From Eubacteriales bacterium (lineage in GTDB: Bacteria; Bacillota; Clostridia; Oscillospirales; JAAYXM01): a stretch of DNA of 64,000 nucleotides. The position numbers and the translations under genes were made by a program. The stretch is taken from contig JAZNAQ010000011.1 of assembly GCA_045586595.1 (NCBI GenBank), positions 4,713 to 68,712 on the forward strand, read 5' to 3'. The notes beneath the pieces were generated by a model that worked only from the letters and a program-made list of their open reading frames with translations, made no database searches and had not been told where the DNA came from. Position 1 is the stretch's first letter. Each line of letters opens with the position of its first letter. Positions 21,406 through 30,098 of the stretch are shown here, piece after piece.

Positions 21406-21753
21406 TTACTCTGCCATTATTGAATCGACATTTACGTTTACGTTGCCGACCTTAACGCGTGTTACGCGCTCAACATTATAGCGTACCTCGTTTATTATTG
21501 ATTCACAAATCGCAGTGATGTTTACACCGTGCTCGACGATAATGTGAACGTCTATATTCACTTTATCGTTTTCAAACTTAACCTTTACGCCCTTGGACAT
21601 GTTTTCACGCTTGAGAAGCCTTACAATGCCGTCCTTAACGCTACGGTCAGCCATACCGCGTACACCAAAGCAATTCGTTGCCGCATCACCTGCAACAACC
21701 GTAAAAACATCATTTGTTATCTCTATTGAACCTTTGTCGTTATTTATTATCAT
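21406..21753 (-). CDS. Asp23/Gls24 family envelope stress protein (YloU-like)
   Basis: 115 aa of Asp23 pattern (IAGDAATNCFGVRGMA...). AAGGAGGG SD. Confidence 0.85.
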   Translation of the reverse strand: MIINNDKGSIEITNDVFTVVAGDAATNCFGVRGMADRSVKDGIVRLLKRENMSKGVKVKFENDKVNIDVHIIVEHGVNITAICESIINEVRYNVERVTRVKVGNVNVNVDSIMAE

Positions 21754-21844
21754 ATACGTCCCTCCTTAGCGACTGTTATACATAGTTATATTATATTCTA
21801 TTTTTGCCAATAACTCAATAGAAATTTTTTTAATACGCTCTTTT

Positions 21845-21880
21845 TTACAAAAAGCTTTCTCAAAACGAGAAAGCTTTTTG
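21845..21880 (-). terminator. Terminator downstream of the GtrA-family gene
   Basis: AAAAGCTTTCTC pairs with GAGAAAGCTTTT, with a T-run on the minus strand. Confidence 0.65.
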
Positions 21881-21881
21881 A

Positions 21882-22292
21882 TTACTTGCTTGTATCTATA
21901 CTCTTACCAAAAACAAAATAACGCTGATAAAGAAATTCTGTTATAAAGTTTACGAGCATATTAAGTATAGTGACTATATACTCATTCCACATAAGCGTTT
22001 CTGCAAGATAGTCCCCGGCTATTGTAGATACAGGGGTGAAAACCGCATAATATGCGAGAGTTTTCATCATAGCTATCGGAACATTATTCGCCGATTTAAA
22101 TGTAAATTTACGGTTAAGGGTAAAGTTCCAGACAACCGAAAGGACAAGAGCAATAAGATAACACGCCCAATAGTTCCACCCCAAAAATTCATTGAGTATT
22201 GCAAAACTTATTATCTGGATAAAGCCTGCACTGAGAGAAAATGCGGCAAATTTTATAAATCTGAAAAACTCTTTTGTTGAATTTTTTGTCAT
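21882..22292 (-). CDS. GtrA family membrane protein
   Basis: Four-TM small protein with FIKFAAFSLSAGFIQ and LNRKFTF motifs. The ATG at 22292 follows a GGAG SD; the longer ORF-track start at 22349 lacks one. Confidence 0.75.
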   Translation of the reverse strand: MTKNSTKEFFRFIKFAAFSLSAGFIQIISFAILNEFLGWNYWACYLIALVLSVVWNFTLNRKFTFKSANNVPIAMMKTLAYYAVFTPVSTIAGDYLAETLMWNEYIVTILNMLVNFITEFLYQRYFVFGKSIDTSK

Positions 22293-22362
22293 CTCCACTC
22301 CGCCTTTATATTTTTTCTTTATAATATCACAACTTCTGATTTTTTTCAATCTAATGCTTACC

Positions 22363-22391
22363 TTGACTAAATTTTATGGATTTGGTATAAT
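22363..22391 (+). promoter_or_regulatory. Sigma-A-type promoter for mntP-pyrR
   Basis: TTGACT (22363-22368), a 17-nt spacer, then TATAAT (22386-22391). Confidence 0.6.
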
Positions 22392-22427
22392 TAAACGATT
22401 TTATTTTGTTAGCAAAGAGGTTTAAAA

Positions 22428-23015
22428 ATGAATTTAGGACTGATGTTCTTTTTTTCAAGCGCGCTCTTGGGTATCGGGCTTGCAATGGATGCCTTTTCAA
22501 TTTCTCTCGCAAACGGGCTCGCAGAGCCGAAAATGAGGTTTCCTAAAATGCTCCTTATCGCAGGAGTATTTGCAACAGCGCAGTTTCTTATGCCGTTCAT
22601 CGGTTGGACTTGTGTACATACCATCGCAGAACACTTTTTAGCATTTCAGAAGCTTATACCGTGGATTGCCCTTATTCTTCTCTGTTACATCGGCGGGAAT
22701 ATGCTTTTTGACGGCATCAAAAAATGCGAAGACGATGCTCCTTCAAAAACAACGCTTGTCGCTATTCTCGTTCAGGGCATTGCAACGTCTATCGACGCGC
22801 TTTCGGTCGGCTTTACAATTTCACAATACAACCTTACGATGGCGATATTCGCCTCGCTGATAATCGGTGCTGTCACATTTGTAATATGCCTCTCAGGTGT
22901 TTTTCTCGGCAAAAGGTTTGGAACTCACTTTTCAAACAAGGCAAGCATCATAGGCGGTGCAATCCTTATATTTATCGGTCTTGAAATCTTTATAAGTTCA
23001 TTCTTAAGGGGTTAA
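22428..23015 (+). CDS. mntP: Manganese efflux pump MntP
   Basis: 195 aa and 6 TM, with the duplicated DAFSVS-type motif (MDAFSISLANG and IDALSVGFT). Confidence 0.85.
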   Translation: MNLGLMFFFSSALLGIGLAMDAFSISLANGLAEPKMRFPKMLLIAGVFATAQFLMPFIGWTCVHTIAEHFLAFQKLIPWIALILLCYIGGNMLFDGIKKCEDDAPSKTTLVAILVQGIATSIDALSVGFTISQYNLTMAIFASLIIGAVTFVICLSGVFLGKRFGTHFSNKASIIGGAILIFIGLEIFISSFLRG

Positions 23016-23019
23016 TCTC

Positions 23020-23556
23020 ATGGAACTGAAAGCAAAAATCATGGATGAATCGGCAATTCATCGCTCCATGGCACGTATTACGCATGAAATAATAGAAAAG
23101 AACCGCGGCGCTGAAGGAATTTGCCTTGTAGGTATAAAGCGCCGGGGTATCCCCCTCGCCAAAATGCTCCGCGACAACATAAAAAAATTTGAGGGCGCTG
23201 ATGTCCCCATGGGGCACATCGACATAACCCTCTACCGTGATGACATTGCAGAACAGGTTGCCGTGCCGTCAACAGACGGCTGTGAAATACCCTGCGATGT
23301 TCGTGAGTACAACATAATAATCGTCGATGACGTTCTCTATACAGGGCGCACGGTAAGAGCCGCGATTGACTCAATCTTCCGCTTCGGAAGGCCGAAATCA
23401 ATCCAGCTTGCGGTACTCATAGACCGCGGTCATAGAGAACTTCCCATCCGTCCCGATTTTGTGGGCAAGAACATCCCCACCTCAAAAACAGAGCTTGTTT
23501 CAGTTATGCTCGATGAGGTCGACGGTGAAACAGGCGTATGCCTCTACAGTATGTAA
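23020..23556 (+). CDS. pyrR: Bifunctional pyrimidine operon regulator / uracil phosphoribosyltransferase PyrR
   Basis: 178 aa with the PRPP-binding motif IIIVDDVLYTGRT and the typical PyrR N-terminus (IMDESAIHRSMARITHEIIE). Confidence 0.92.
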   Translation: MELKAKIMDESAIHRSMARITHEIIEKNRGAEGICLVGIKRRGIPLAKMLRDNIKKFEGADVPMGHIDITLYRDDIAEQVAVPSTDGCEIPCDVREYNIIIVDDVLYTGRTVRAAIDSIFRFGRPKSIQLAVLIDRGHRELPIRPDFVGKNIPTSKTELVSVMLDEVDGETGVCLYSM

Positions 23557-23561
23557 AAGCA

Positions 23562-23609
23562 AAAACACCCGGCTGTTATCAAAATTGATAACAGCCGGGT
23601 TTGTTTTTA
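23562..23609. terminator. Bidirectional terminator between pyrR and thrS
   Basis: A 14-bp stem, ACCCGGCTGTTATC (23567-23580) pairing with GATAACAGCCGGGT (23587-23600), flanked by an A-run and a T-run. Confidence 0.8.
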
Positions 23610-23610
23610 T

Positions 23611-25374
23611 TTATACACGCTCTTTTATTTCGGTTGTAATTTTTGCTATAAACTCATCAAGCGTCATTGTTTCGTTCTGAGCAGTATCGCGATAACGGAC
23701 GGAAACCGTTCCGTTCTCAACCTCCTGCTGGCCAATAATTACCATGTACGGAACACGGCCTACAGTCTGAGCCTCACGAATCATATAGCCGATTTTCTCG
23801 TTTCGGTTATCCATCTCAACGCGAACACCCGCTTTTCTGAGAGCTTCGTATACTTCCTTACCGTACTCTGCGCTCTTTTCAGAAACAAGAAGTACCTTTG
23901 CCTGAGTCGGAGCAAGCCATACCGGGAATTTACCTGCAAAGTGCTCTGTGAGCATACCGATAAATCTCTCAATAGAGCCGAAGCATACGCGGTGAATCAT
24001 AATCGGGCGCTGCTTTTCGCCATTCTCATCAATATACTCAAGGTTAAAGTTGAGCGGCATCTGGAAGTCAAGCTGGATAGTTCCGCACTGCCATGTTCTT
24101 CCGAGAGAATCTTCAAGGTGGAAGTCAATCTTCGGGCCGTAGAAAGCGCCGTCGCCTTCGTTAATCGTGTACGGAAGACCGAGCTTTTCAAGGGCGCCTT
24201 TGAGGCCGTTTGTAGCTGCCTCCCAGTCCTCGTCACTGCCCATGCTGTCCTCAGGGCGTGTAGAAAGTTCTACGTTATACTTAAAACCAAGTTTTGAGTA
24301 AACCTCATTGATAAGGTCAACAACACCAACAATTTCGTCGGTTATCTGCTCACGGCGCATAAAGATATGCGCATCGTCCTGAGTAAAGCAGCGAACACGG
24401 AAAAGACCGTGAAGCGCACCGCGAAGCTCGTGGCGGTGAACAACACCAAGCTCGCCCATGCGAATCGGAAGGTCGCGGTAGCTGTGCGGCTGTGAACGGT
24501 AAACCATGACACCGCCCGGACAGTTCATCGGCTTTACACAGAATGTTTCCTCGTCAATCGTGGTCGTGTACATATTATCCTTATAGTGGTCCCAATGTCC
24601 GCTTGTTTCCCAGAGCTTACGGTTCATAATAAGCGGTGTTGCAACTTCAACGTAGTCATTGCGTGTATGAAGCTCACGCCAATACTCTATAAGTGCGTTT
24701 TTAAGAAGCATACCCTTCGGCAGGAAGAACGGGAATCCCGGAGCCTCGTCTGCAAACATAAAGAGCCCCATCTCTTTGCCAATTCGGCGATGGTCGCGCT
24801 TTTCTGCCTCTTCAAGAAGCTTTAAGTAATCCTCAAGCTCCTGCTGTGATGAGAAAGCTATACCCTTTACGCGGGTGAGCATTTTGTTGTTCTTATCATT
24901 CTTCCAGTATGCACCGGACTGATCTGTGACCTTAAACGCCTTGAGCGCCTTTGTATAGCAAAGGTGCGGGCCGACACACATGTCTATATAATCGCCCTGC
25001 TGATAGAAGCTTATCTCGGCATCCTCGGGCAGGTCGCCTATATGCTCTACCTTATACTTCTCACCACGGCTTTCCATAAGGGCAATAGCCTCATCACGCG
25101 GGAGAATATACGGCTTAATCGGGAGATTTTCTTTTACGATTTTTCGCATCTCCTGCTCTATTTTCTGCAAATCCTCGTCAGTAAGCTTTTCATCGCCAAG
25201 GTCAACATCATAATAGAAGCCCTTGTCTGTAGCAGGGCCGTATGCGAAATGTGCATTCGGATAAAGCCTGCTTATTGCCTGAGCCATGATGTGAGCAGCA
25301 GAGTGGCGAAGAACGTGGAGTTCTTCTTCCTTCGGGCACTCACCCACAGTTCCGTTGTTGTAAATTACTTTCAT
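23611..25374 (-). CDS. thrS: Threonine--tRNA ligase (short form lacking the N-terminal TGS domain)
   Basis: 587 aa with an editing/SAD domain (LRHSAAHIMAQA), a class II core (FRVRCFTQDDAHIF) and an anticodon-binding C-terminus. The protein begins about 55-60 aa later than the B. subtilis ThrS I recall. Confidence 0.93.
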   Translation of the reverse strand: MKVIYNNGTVGECPKEEELHVLRHSAAHIMAQAISRLYPNAHFAYGPATDKGFYYDVDLGDEKLTDEDLQKIEQEMRKIVKENLPIKPYILPRDEAIALMESRGEKYKVEHIGDLPEDAEISFYQQGDYIDMCVGPHLCYTKALKAFKVTDQSGAYWKNDKNNKMLTRVKGIAFSSQQELEDYLKLLEEAEKRDHRRIGKEMGLFMFADEAPGFPFFLPKGMLLKNALIEYWRELHTRNDYVEVATPLIMNRKLWETSGHWDHYKDNMYTTTIDEETFCVKPMNCPGGVMVYRSQPHSYRDLPIRMGELGVVHRHELRGALHGLFRVRCFTQDDAHIFMRREQITDEIVGVVDLINEVYSKLGFKYNVELSTRPEDSMGSDEDWEAATNGLKGALEKLGLPYTINEGDGAFYGPKIDFHLEDSLGRTWQCGTIQLDFQMPLNFNLEYIDENGEKQRPIMIHRVCFGSIERFIGMLTEHFAGKFPVWLAPTQAKVLLVSEKSAEYGKEVYEALRKAGVRVEMDNRNEKIGYMIREAQTVGRVPYMVIIGQQEVENGTVSVRYRDTAQNETMTLDEFIAKITTEIKERV

Positions 25375-25423
25375 ATCTTATACCCTCTTTTCGGATAAAA
25401 AATCTTTTGCAAACTATTTTTAT

Positions 25424-25453
25424 ATTATATTGTATACAGGTGCAAATTGTCAA
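25424..25453 (-). promoter_or_regulatory. Sigma-A-type promoter for thrS
   Basis: On the minus strand: TTGACA (25453-25448), an 18-nt spacer, then TATAAT (25429-25424). The leader is only about 50 nt. Confidence 0.55.
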
Positions 25454-25502
25454 TGCTTTTCGGCGTAAATATTTGTATTTCGCGCATATTGTGAAGAAAA
25501 TA

Positions 25503-25535
25503 AAAAAGACGTCCTTCTCTTACGAAAAGGACGTC
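25503..25535 (-). terminator. Terminator immediately downstream of tRNA-Arg
   Basis: On the minus strand, AGACGTCCTT pairs with AAGGACGTCT, followed by TTTTTT. Confidence 0.75.
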
Positions 25536-25612
25536 TGGCGCGCTGTGGAGAATTCGAATCCCCGACCTTGTGGTCCGTAGCCACACGCTCTATCCAGCTG
25601 AGCTAACAGCGC
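25536..25612 (-). tRNA. tRNA-Arg (anticodon ACG), CCA encoded
   Basis: Hand-folded cloverleaf. Acceptor GCGCTGT/ACAGCGC. D-arm GCTC-AGCTGGATA-GAGC. Anticodon arm TGTGG-CTACGGA-CCACA. T-arm GGGGA-TTCGAAT-TCTCC. Ends in GCCA. Confidence 0.93.
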
Positions 25613-25777
25613 ATATTGCCTTAAACAGCTTAACTATAATAACATAACAAAAAAGAAAAATCAAGCCTTTTTTTATCTTTTTTTCAAAATTTTTTCTCCC
25701 AAATTTTACGGTTATATGTTATACTATAAACATAAATGAGTTTTATGTATCAGGCGGAGATATTCCCCGCCCAACGC

Positions 25778-25951
25778 TTACAGGATTGACTGCAAACTGT
25801 CTATGACGCTTCCTGCGCTTTTGAGTATCTTACCGGTATTGTGTTTAATGCATTTGCATGATTTGCTTTTTTTCGGCATAAGCGTTACCGCAAGCGTCGT
25901 TCCGACTATCAACCCTGCCGTCATGCCTTTGCAAAACGGACTCATTGTCAT
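25778..25951 (-). CDS. 57-aa hypothetical small membrane protein
   Basis: Not in the ORF track because it is under 60 aa. My own translation gives MTMSPFCKGMTAGLIVGTTLAVTLMPKKSKSCKCIKHNTGKILKSAGSVIDSLQSIL. GGGGAAG SD-like purine run upstream, one hydrophobic helix, and a weak hairpin downstream (25753-25771). Confidence 0.35.
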   Translation of the reverse strand: MTMSPFCKGMTAGLIVGTTLAVTLMPKKSKSCKCIKHNTGKILKSAGSVIDSLQSIL

Positions 25952-26044
25952 AATACCACTTCCCCTTCAGTAATATTATCTCCAAATTGCCGCATTATTT
26001 CGCGGTAGTTTGTGGAAAAATAAAAAAACAACAGGAGAACTAAA

Positions 26045-26626
26045 ATGAAAAAATTTACATCAATTCTGCTGACACTTGCTATAATTCTCACACTGTCAGC
26101 ATGCCTTCCGTCTGACTACAAAAACGTAAACGACACACCCGACGAAACGTTGCCTGCCCCGCAAACCCGCAACGAGCTCTATTCGCTGTATGCCGCGATA
26201 GAGCGCGACATGGCAAGGGCACAGATTGAAGCGATGTTCGGCATCGGAACCCCGTCATATGACGACTATGGCGATGTGAAATATATAAATTACTATAACT
26301 CAACAAAGTCAGCAGGCGTATCAATAATTTATGACTCCGAAGATGTGGTTGAAACAAAAATGCTCTATTTCAACAAAAAAGCAAACCTCGTCCCCTTCTC
26401 CGGCCGTTATGATGACTCAAAGGTTTCATATGTAAAATCAGGCATGACCGTAGAAGAGGCCTTAAAGCTTATGGGCTCAACACCGCTTGAATTATCATGT
26501 ACCTATAATGACGGCGGCCCGCTGAACATGTCTAAGATATACTGCTGGTATAACGAAGACACATCAAACTTTATGCTTCACACAGAAAACGGAATCATAA
26601 ACAACGTGGCGCTCTACCGCGAATAA
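26045..26626 (+). CDS. Hypothetical lipoprotein
   Basis: 193 aa with a signal peptide and lipobox (LTLSAC). AGGAG SD. Confidence 0.6.
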   Translation: MKKFTSILLTLAIILTLSACLPSDYKNVNDTPDETLPAPQTRNELYSLYAAIERDMARAQIEAMFGIGTPSYDDYGDVKYINYYNSTKSAGVSIIYDSEDVVETKMLYFNKKANLVPFSGRYDDSKVSYVKSGMTVEEALKLMGSTPLELSCTYNDGGPLNMSKIYCWYNEDTSNFMLHTENGIINNVALYRE

Positions 26627-26681
26627 CTTTATATTGACCTGAATATAAATCTTCGATATACTTATTTCAGAGGTGATTAAC

Positions 26682-27113
26682 ATGACAGATGTATATTTAT
26701 GGCTTGCCGCCACTGTTGTATTCGGCGCAATAGAGGCACTTACCGTCGGCATAGTATCTATATGGTTTGCTCTCGGTTCACTTGCAGCACTCATCGCTGC
26801 GGCGCTTCATGCCGAAACGTGGCTTCAAGTCACTGTATTTCTTGCAGTGTCGGTAATCGCGCTCATCCTCACCCGCCCGCTTATCAAGAAAAAAATTCTG
26901 CTTAACACGACACCCACAAACGCTGATATGCTCATTGGTGCGGCAGGTGTTGTAGAAGATAGCATTGATAATCTCTCAGGTGCGGGTTCAGTAAAAATCC
27001 AGGGCAAGGTATGGAGCGCAAGAAGCATAAGCGGTGATACCATTGCCTCGGGCAGCATCGTTACCATCGTAAAAATTGAGGGTGTAAAGCTCATTGTTGA
27101 GCTTTCAAAATAA
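26682..27113 (+). CDS. NfeD family membrane protein
   Basis: Two to three N-terminal TM helices plus a C-terminal OB-like domain (GSVKIQGKVWSARS). Precedes an SPFH gene, the classic NfeD-SPFH pairing. ATG at 26682 follows a GAGGTGA SD. Confidence 0.82.
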   Translation: MTDVYLWLAATVVFGAIEALTVGIVSIWFALGSLAALIAAALHAETWLQVTVFLAVSVIALILTRPLIKKKILLNTTPTNADMLIGAAGVVEDSIDNLSGAGSVKIQGKVWSARSISGDTIASGSIVTIVKIEGVKLIVELSK

Positions 27114-27137
27114 AATATATAAGAAAGGAAAAACGTT

Positions 27138-28052
27138 ATGATAATAGCAATCCTTATTATTCTCGCGCTCGTTGTTGTCATTTCAAACATCGTAATTGTC
27201 CAGCAGGCATCAGCCCGAGTTGTTGAACGACTCGGCGCATACCGCGCTACATGGAATGTCGGCATGCACTTTAAAATTCCGTTCATTGAGCGCGTACGGC
27301 GTCCCATTTCTCTCAAGGAGCAAGTCGCAGACTTCCCTCCCCAGCCGGTTATCACAAAAGATAACGTAACAATGCAGATTGACACCGTTGTCTACTTCCA
27401 GATAACTGACCCGAAGCTTTACACCTACGGTGTTGAGCGCCCGATTTCAGCTATAGAGAATCTCACGGCAACAACCCTGCGTAACATTATCGGTGATCTC
27501 GAGCTTGACCAGACTCTAACCTCACGCGATACCATAAACACAAAAATGCGTACAATACTCGACGAGGCTACCGACCCGTGGGGCATTAAGGTAAATCGTG
27601 TTGAGCTTAAGAACATCATTCCCCCTCGCGAAATCCAGGATGCGATGGAAAAGCAGATGAAAGCAGAGCGTGAACGCCGTCAGGCAATCCTTAAGGCAGA
27701 AGGCGTTAAGCAGTCGCAGATCCTTGAAGCTGAGGGCGAAAAGCAAGCACTCATCCTCCGCGCAGATGCGGCGAAGCAGTCCAAAATACTTGATGCTGAG
27801 GGTGAAAAAGAAAAGCAGATACTCGAGGCAGAAGGTCAGGCAGCGGCTATTATGAAAACTCAGGAGGCTCTTGCAAAGGCCATCACACTTATTAACGATG
27901 CAAACCCAAGCGATTCGGTAATAAAGCTCAAAGCTCTGGAGGCATTCCAGGCAGCAGCAGACGGCAAAGCTACAAAGCTTATTATCCCGTCCGAAATACA
28001 GGGGCTTGCAGGGCTTGCGGGTTCTCTCAAAGAAACAATAACAGATAAATAA
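27138..28052 (+). CDS. SPFH/Band 7 (stomatin/prohibitin-like) membrane protein
   Basis: 304 aa with an N-terminal TM helix, an SPFH core (VITKDNVTMQIDTVVYFQITDP) and an Ala/Glu-rich coiled coil. Confidence 0.88.
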   Translation: MIIAILIILALVVVISNIVIVQQASARVVERLGAYRATWNVGMHFKIPFIERVRRPISLKEQVADFPPQPVITKDNVTMQIDTVVYFQITDPKLYTYGVERPISAIENLTATTLRNIIGDLELDQTLTSRDTINTKMRTILDEATDPWGIKVNRVELKNIIPPREIQDAMEKQMKAERERRQAILKAEGVKQSQILEAEGEKQALILRADAAKQSKILDAEGEKEKQILEAEGQAAAIMKTQEALAKAITLINDANPSDSVIKLKALEAFQAAADGKATKLIIPSEIQGLAGLAGSLKETITDK

Positions 28053-28074
28053 AAAAATTCAGGTAGGTTGACAA

Positions 28075-28500
28075 ATGAAAAAGTTTTTTGGGGAATTTAA
28101 AGAATTTATATCACGCGGAAACGTAATTGACATGGCAGTCGGTGTCGTAGTCGGTGCTGCTTTCAAATCAATCATTGACTCTTTAGTTAACGACATTATT
28201 ATGCCGGTTGTAGGCTGGCGCCTCGGCGGTCTTGACTTTTCAAGCTATGCCATTAAGCTTTCCGAAACAGTTACCACAGACGGCTCCGTTGTTGTAAACG
28301 CCATTCTCTACGGAAAGTTTATAAACAGCATTATAAGCTTCCTCATAATTGCGTTCTGCTTGTTTGTTGTCATTAAGATGATAAATTCGCTCCGCAGAAA
28401 GAAAGAGGAAGAACCGGCGCCCGCACCTGCCCCCGAACCGTCAGCAGAGGAAAAGCTCCTCTCAGAAATCCGCGACCTTATAAAGGCAAAGAACGAATAG
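28075..28500 (+). CDS. mscL: Large-conductance mechanosensitive channel
   Basis: 141 aa starting FKEFISRGNVIDMAVGVVVGAAF, the hallmark N-terminus of MscL. Confidence 0.93.
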   Translation: MKKFFGEFKEFISRGNVIDMAVGVVVGAAFKSIIDSLVNDIIMPVVGWRLGGLDFSSYAIKLSETVTTDGSVVVNAILYGKFINSIISFLIIAFCLFVVIKMINSLRRKKEEEPAPAPAPEPSAEEKLLSEIRDLIKAKNE

Positions 28501-28504
28501 TTTA

Positions 28505-28545
28505 AAAAACTCTGTATGCGCCAAAAGCCATACAGAGTTTTTATT
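28505..28545. terminator. Bidirectional terminator after mscL and the DUF421 gene
   Basis: CTCTGTATG (28510-28518) pairs with CATACAGAG (28529-28537), flanked by an A-run and a T-run. Confidence 0.7.
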
Positions 28546-28552
28546 ATATACT

Positions 28553-29227
28553 CTAATCCATCCCGAACAGCGAAAGCTTTTTCTCCACATCACACATACC
28601 GAAATAAACCTCTTTTGCGCTTCTGTATCCTTGAAGCTTCAGTTCTCTTTCAAGCCAATCCTCACTTAATCCCATACGTTCCAAATTCTCGCCCAAAATC
28701 CGTCCGTCAATAATAACCTCAGTGCATATATGCTCAGGTTCAGGAACGAGTTTCATATCCTCCGGTGTCAGCGGCCTTTTTGTACTTAACGGCAATATCG
28801 TCAAATGACCGTTGTGTTCAAAAACCGCAGTTTTTATGTCATTTATATTAAAATATCCGGCCTGTCTGCACAAAACCATAAATTCGCTCAAATCAATTCT
28901 TGCCTTTTTCATATTACGGCGATAAAACTTACCGTTATCCATAATAATTGTAGGCGTTCCGTTAATGAATTTACGGCTTTTAGGAAACTTGTTTGACATA
29001 ATGCTCAGAGAAACTGCTATTAAGCCATAAATTATCATAGCAATCAGCGGTTTCATCGGCTCTTCGAGTTCTGTAGCAAGCTCTGCCGCTATTGAACCAA
29101 TCGTAATACCTGTAATATAATCAAAAAAATCGAGCTGGGCAAGCTGTTTATGCCCCATAATTTTCGCTAATATGAACAAAGCCCCCGCCGATAACAGCGA
29201 TGTTAAAATAACCTTTAACATTTCCAT
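28553..29227 (-). CDS. DUF421 (YetF-like) membrane protein
   Basis: N-terminal TM helices with a QLDFFDYITGITIGSIA motif and a YetF-type C-terminal soluble domain. The start at 29227 (after AAGGGA) or 29245 is uncertain. Confidence 0.72.
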   Translation of the reverse strand: MEMLKVILTSLLSAGALFILAKIMGHKQLAQLDFFDYITGITIGSIAAELATELEEPMKPLIAMIIYGLIAVSLSIMSNKFPKSRKFINGTPTIIMDNGKFYRRNMKKARIDLSEFMVLCRQAGYFNINDIKTAVFEHNGHLTILPLSTKRPLTPEDMKLVPEPEHICTEVIIDGRILGENLERMGLSEDWLERELKLQGYRSAKEVYFGMCDVEKKLSLFGMD

Positions 29228-29305
29228 ATTTATACGTCCCTTCATGCTTTATAAGTAAGTATATCCATCACACTGTATTATAAACAATTTTACCTACGTC
29301 AGATA

Positions 29306-29334
29306 TTGCCATAATTTTTATATTGTGGTATACT
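29306..29334 (+). promoter_or_regulatory. Sigma-A-type promoter driving the THF riboswitch and folT
   Basis: TTGCCA (29306-29311), a 17-nt spacer, then TG-extended TATACT (29329-29334). Confidence 0.55.
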
Positions 29335-29350
29335 GTTTTTATCACAAAAA

Positions 29351-29452
29351 GGCAGAGTAGAAAATATCGGGTCAAGTGCTGTGTGAACGGGGAGTTGTCT
29401 CACAGACGAAAATGCATATATGCATTGCCGTGATATTTTCGCATCCCGCTGC
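29351..29452 (+). promoter_or_regulatory. THF (tetrahydrofolate) class I riboswitch
   Basis: GGCAGAGTAG-AAAATATC-GGGTCAAGTG-CTGTGTGAACGGGGAGTTGTCTCACAGACGAA-(hairpin AATGCATATATGCATT)-GCCGTGATATTTTC-GCATCCCGCTGC aligns block for block with the Eubacterium siraeum THF aptamer as I remember it (AGAGUAG, GUUAAGUG, GUGUGAAUGGGAUGUCGUCACACAACGAA, GCAUCCGCUCC). Pairings P1 GCAG/CTGC and P2 AAAATATC/GATATTTT are present. It lies upstream of a folT-type gene. Confidence 0.85.
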
Positions 29453-29518
29453 GAGAAGACTGTCCTCTTTGTGTCAGGTTTTGTTGCCCCAAAATTTTCA
29501 CAAAGGAGGACTAAATTT

Positions 29519-30058
29519 ATGCAAAACCGTATCAAATCCTCGGCGGGCGAGATACGCAACATCCACTCACTCGCTATGTGCGCCGTGCTTGTTGCGCTGT
29601 ATGTTGCCATAAACTCAGCGTCAATCTACATCACACCTTCTCTGAAGCTCACATTTTCCTACCTCGTTCTGGGTATTCTGGGCTACCGTTTCGGTGCCGT
29701 TGCAGGAACTCTCTCAGGGCTTGCGTGTGACCTTATCGCATATATCGTACGCCCGGCAGGGCCTCTGCACTTAGGCTTTACCCTATCCACAATGCTGACC
29801 GTTCTTGTGTTTGCTCTGTTCTTATACGGACGCGAGCTCAGAATATGGCGGGTTATACTCTCACGAACAATCATAAACCTTGCAATAAACATCGCACTCA
29901 ACACATACTGGCTCTCAAATCTCTACGGCAAAGCATATATAGTTCTGCTTTTTGAGCGCATTATCAAGAACATAGCTCTGCTTCCTATAGAAATTGCTCT
30001 GTTGTGGTTTGTTCTAAAAGCATTTCGGCAGATAATGATGCGCATTGGTAATAGATAA
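29519..30058 (+). CDS. folT: ECF transporter S component, folate family (FolT-like)
   Basis: About 180 aa and 5-6 TM. AAAGGAGG SD before the ATG at 29519. Lies downstream of a THF riboswitch. The ORF-track start at 29420 lies inside the riboswitch. Confidence 0.78.
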   Translation: MQNRIKSSAGEIRNIHSLAMCAVLVALYVAINSASIYITPSLKLTFSYLVLGILGYRFGAVAGTLSGLACDLIAYIVRPAGPLHLGFTLSTMLTVLVFALFLYGRELRIWRVILSRTIINLAINIALNTYWLSNLYGKAYIVLLFERIIKNIALLPIEIALLWFVLKAFRQIMMRIGNR

Positions 30059-30098
30059 CATAATATGTGAATACATTTTTATAACGGAGTTGATTTTT

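Noticed and set aside
22350-22427. A yybP-ykoY manganese riboswitch upstream of mntP
   Set aside because: The leader between the promoter's -10 and the start codon is under 40 nt, too short for the riboswitch, and its conserved elements are absent.
25375-25535. An expected T-box leader upstream of thrS
   Set aside because: Only about 125 nt separate thrS from the tRNA-Arg terminator. A good promoter sits about 50 nt from the start codon, and I found no AGAGA, specifier or T-box (GGTGGTACCGCG-like) elements.
29299-29612. ORFs of 103 aa (minus) and 78 aa (plus), and the long 29420 start of folT
   Set aside because: They overlap the THF riboswitch aptamer. The ATG at 29519, with its AAAGGAGG SD, is the credible folT start.
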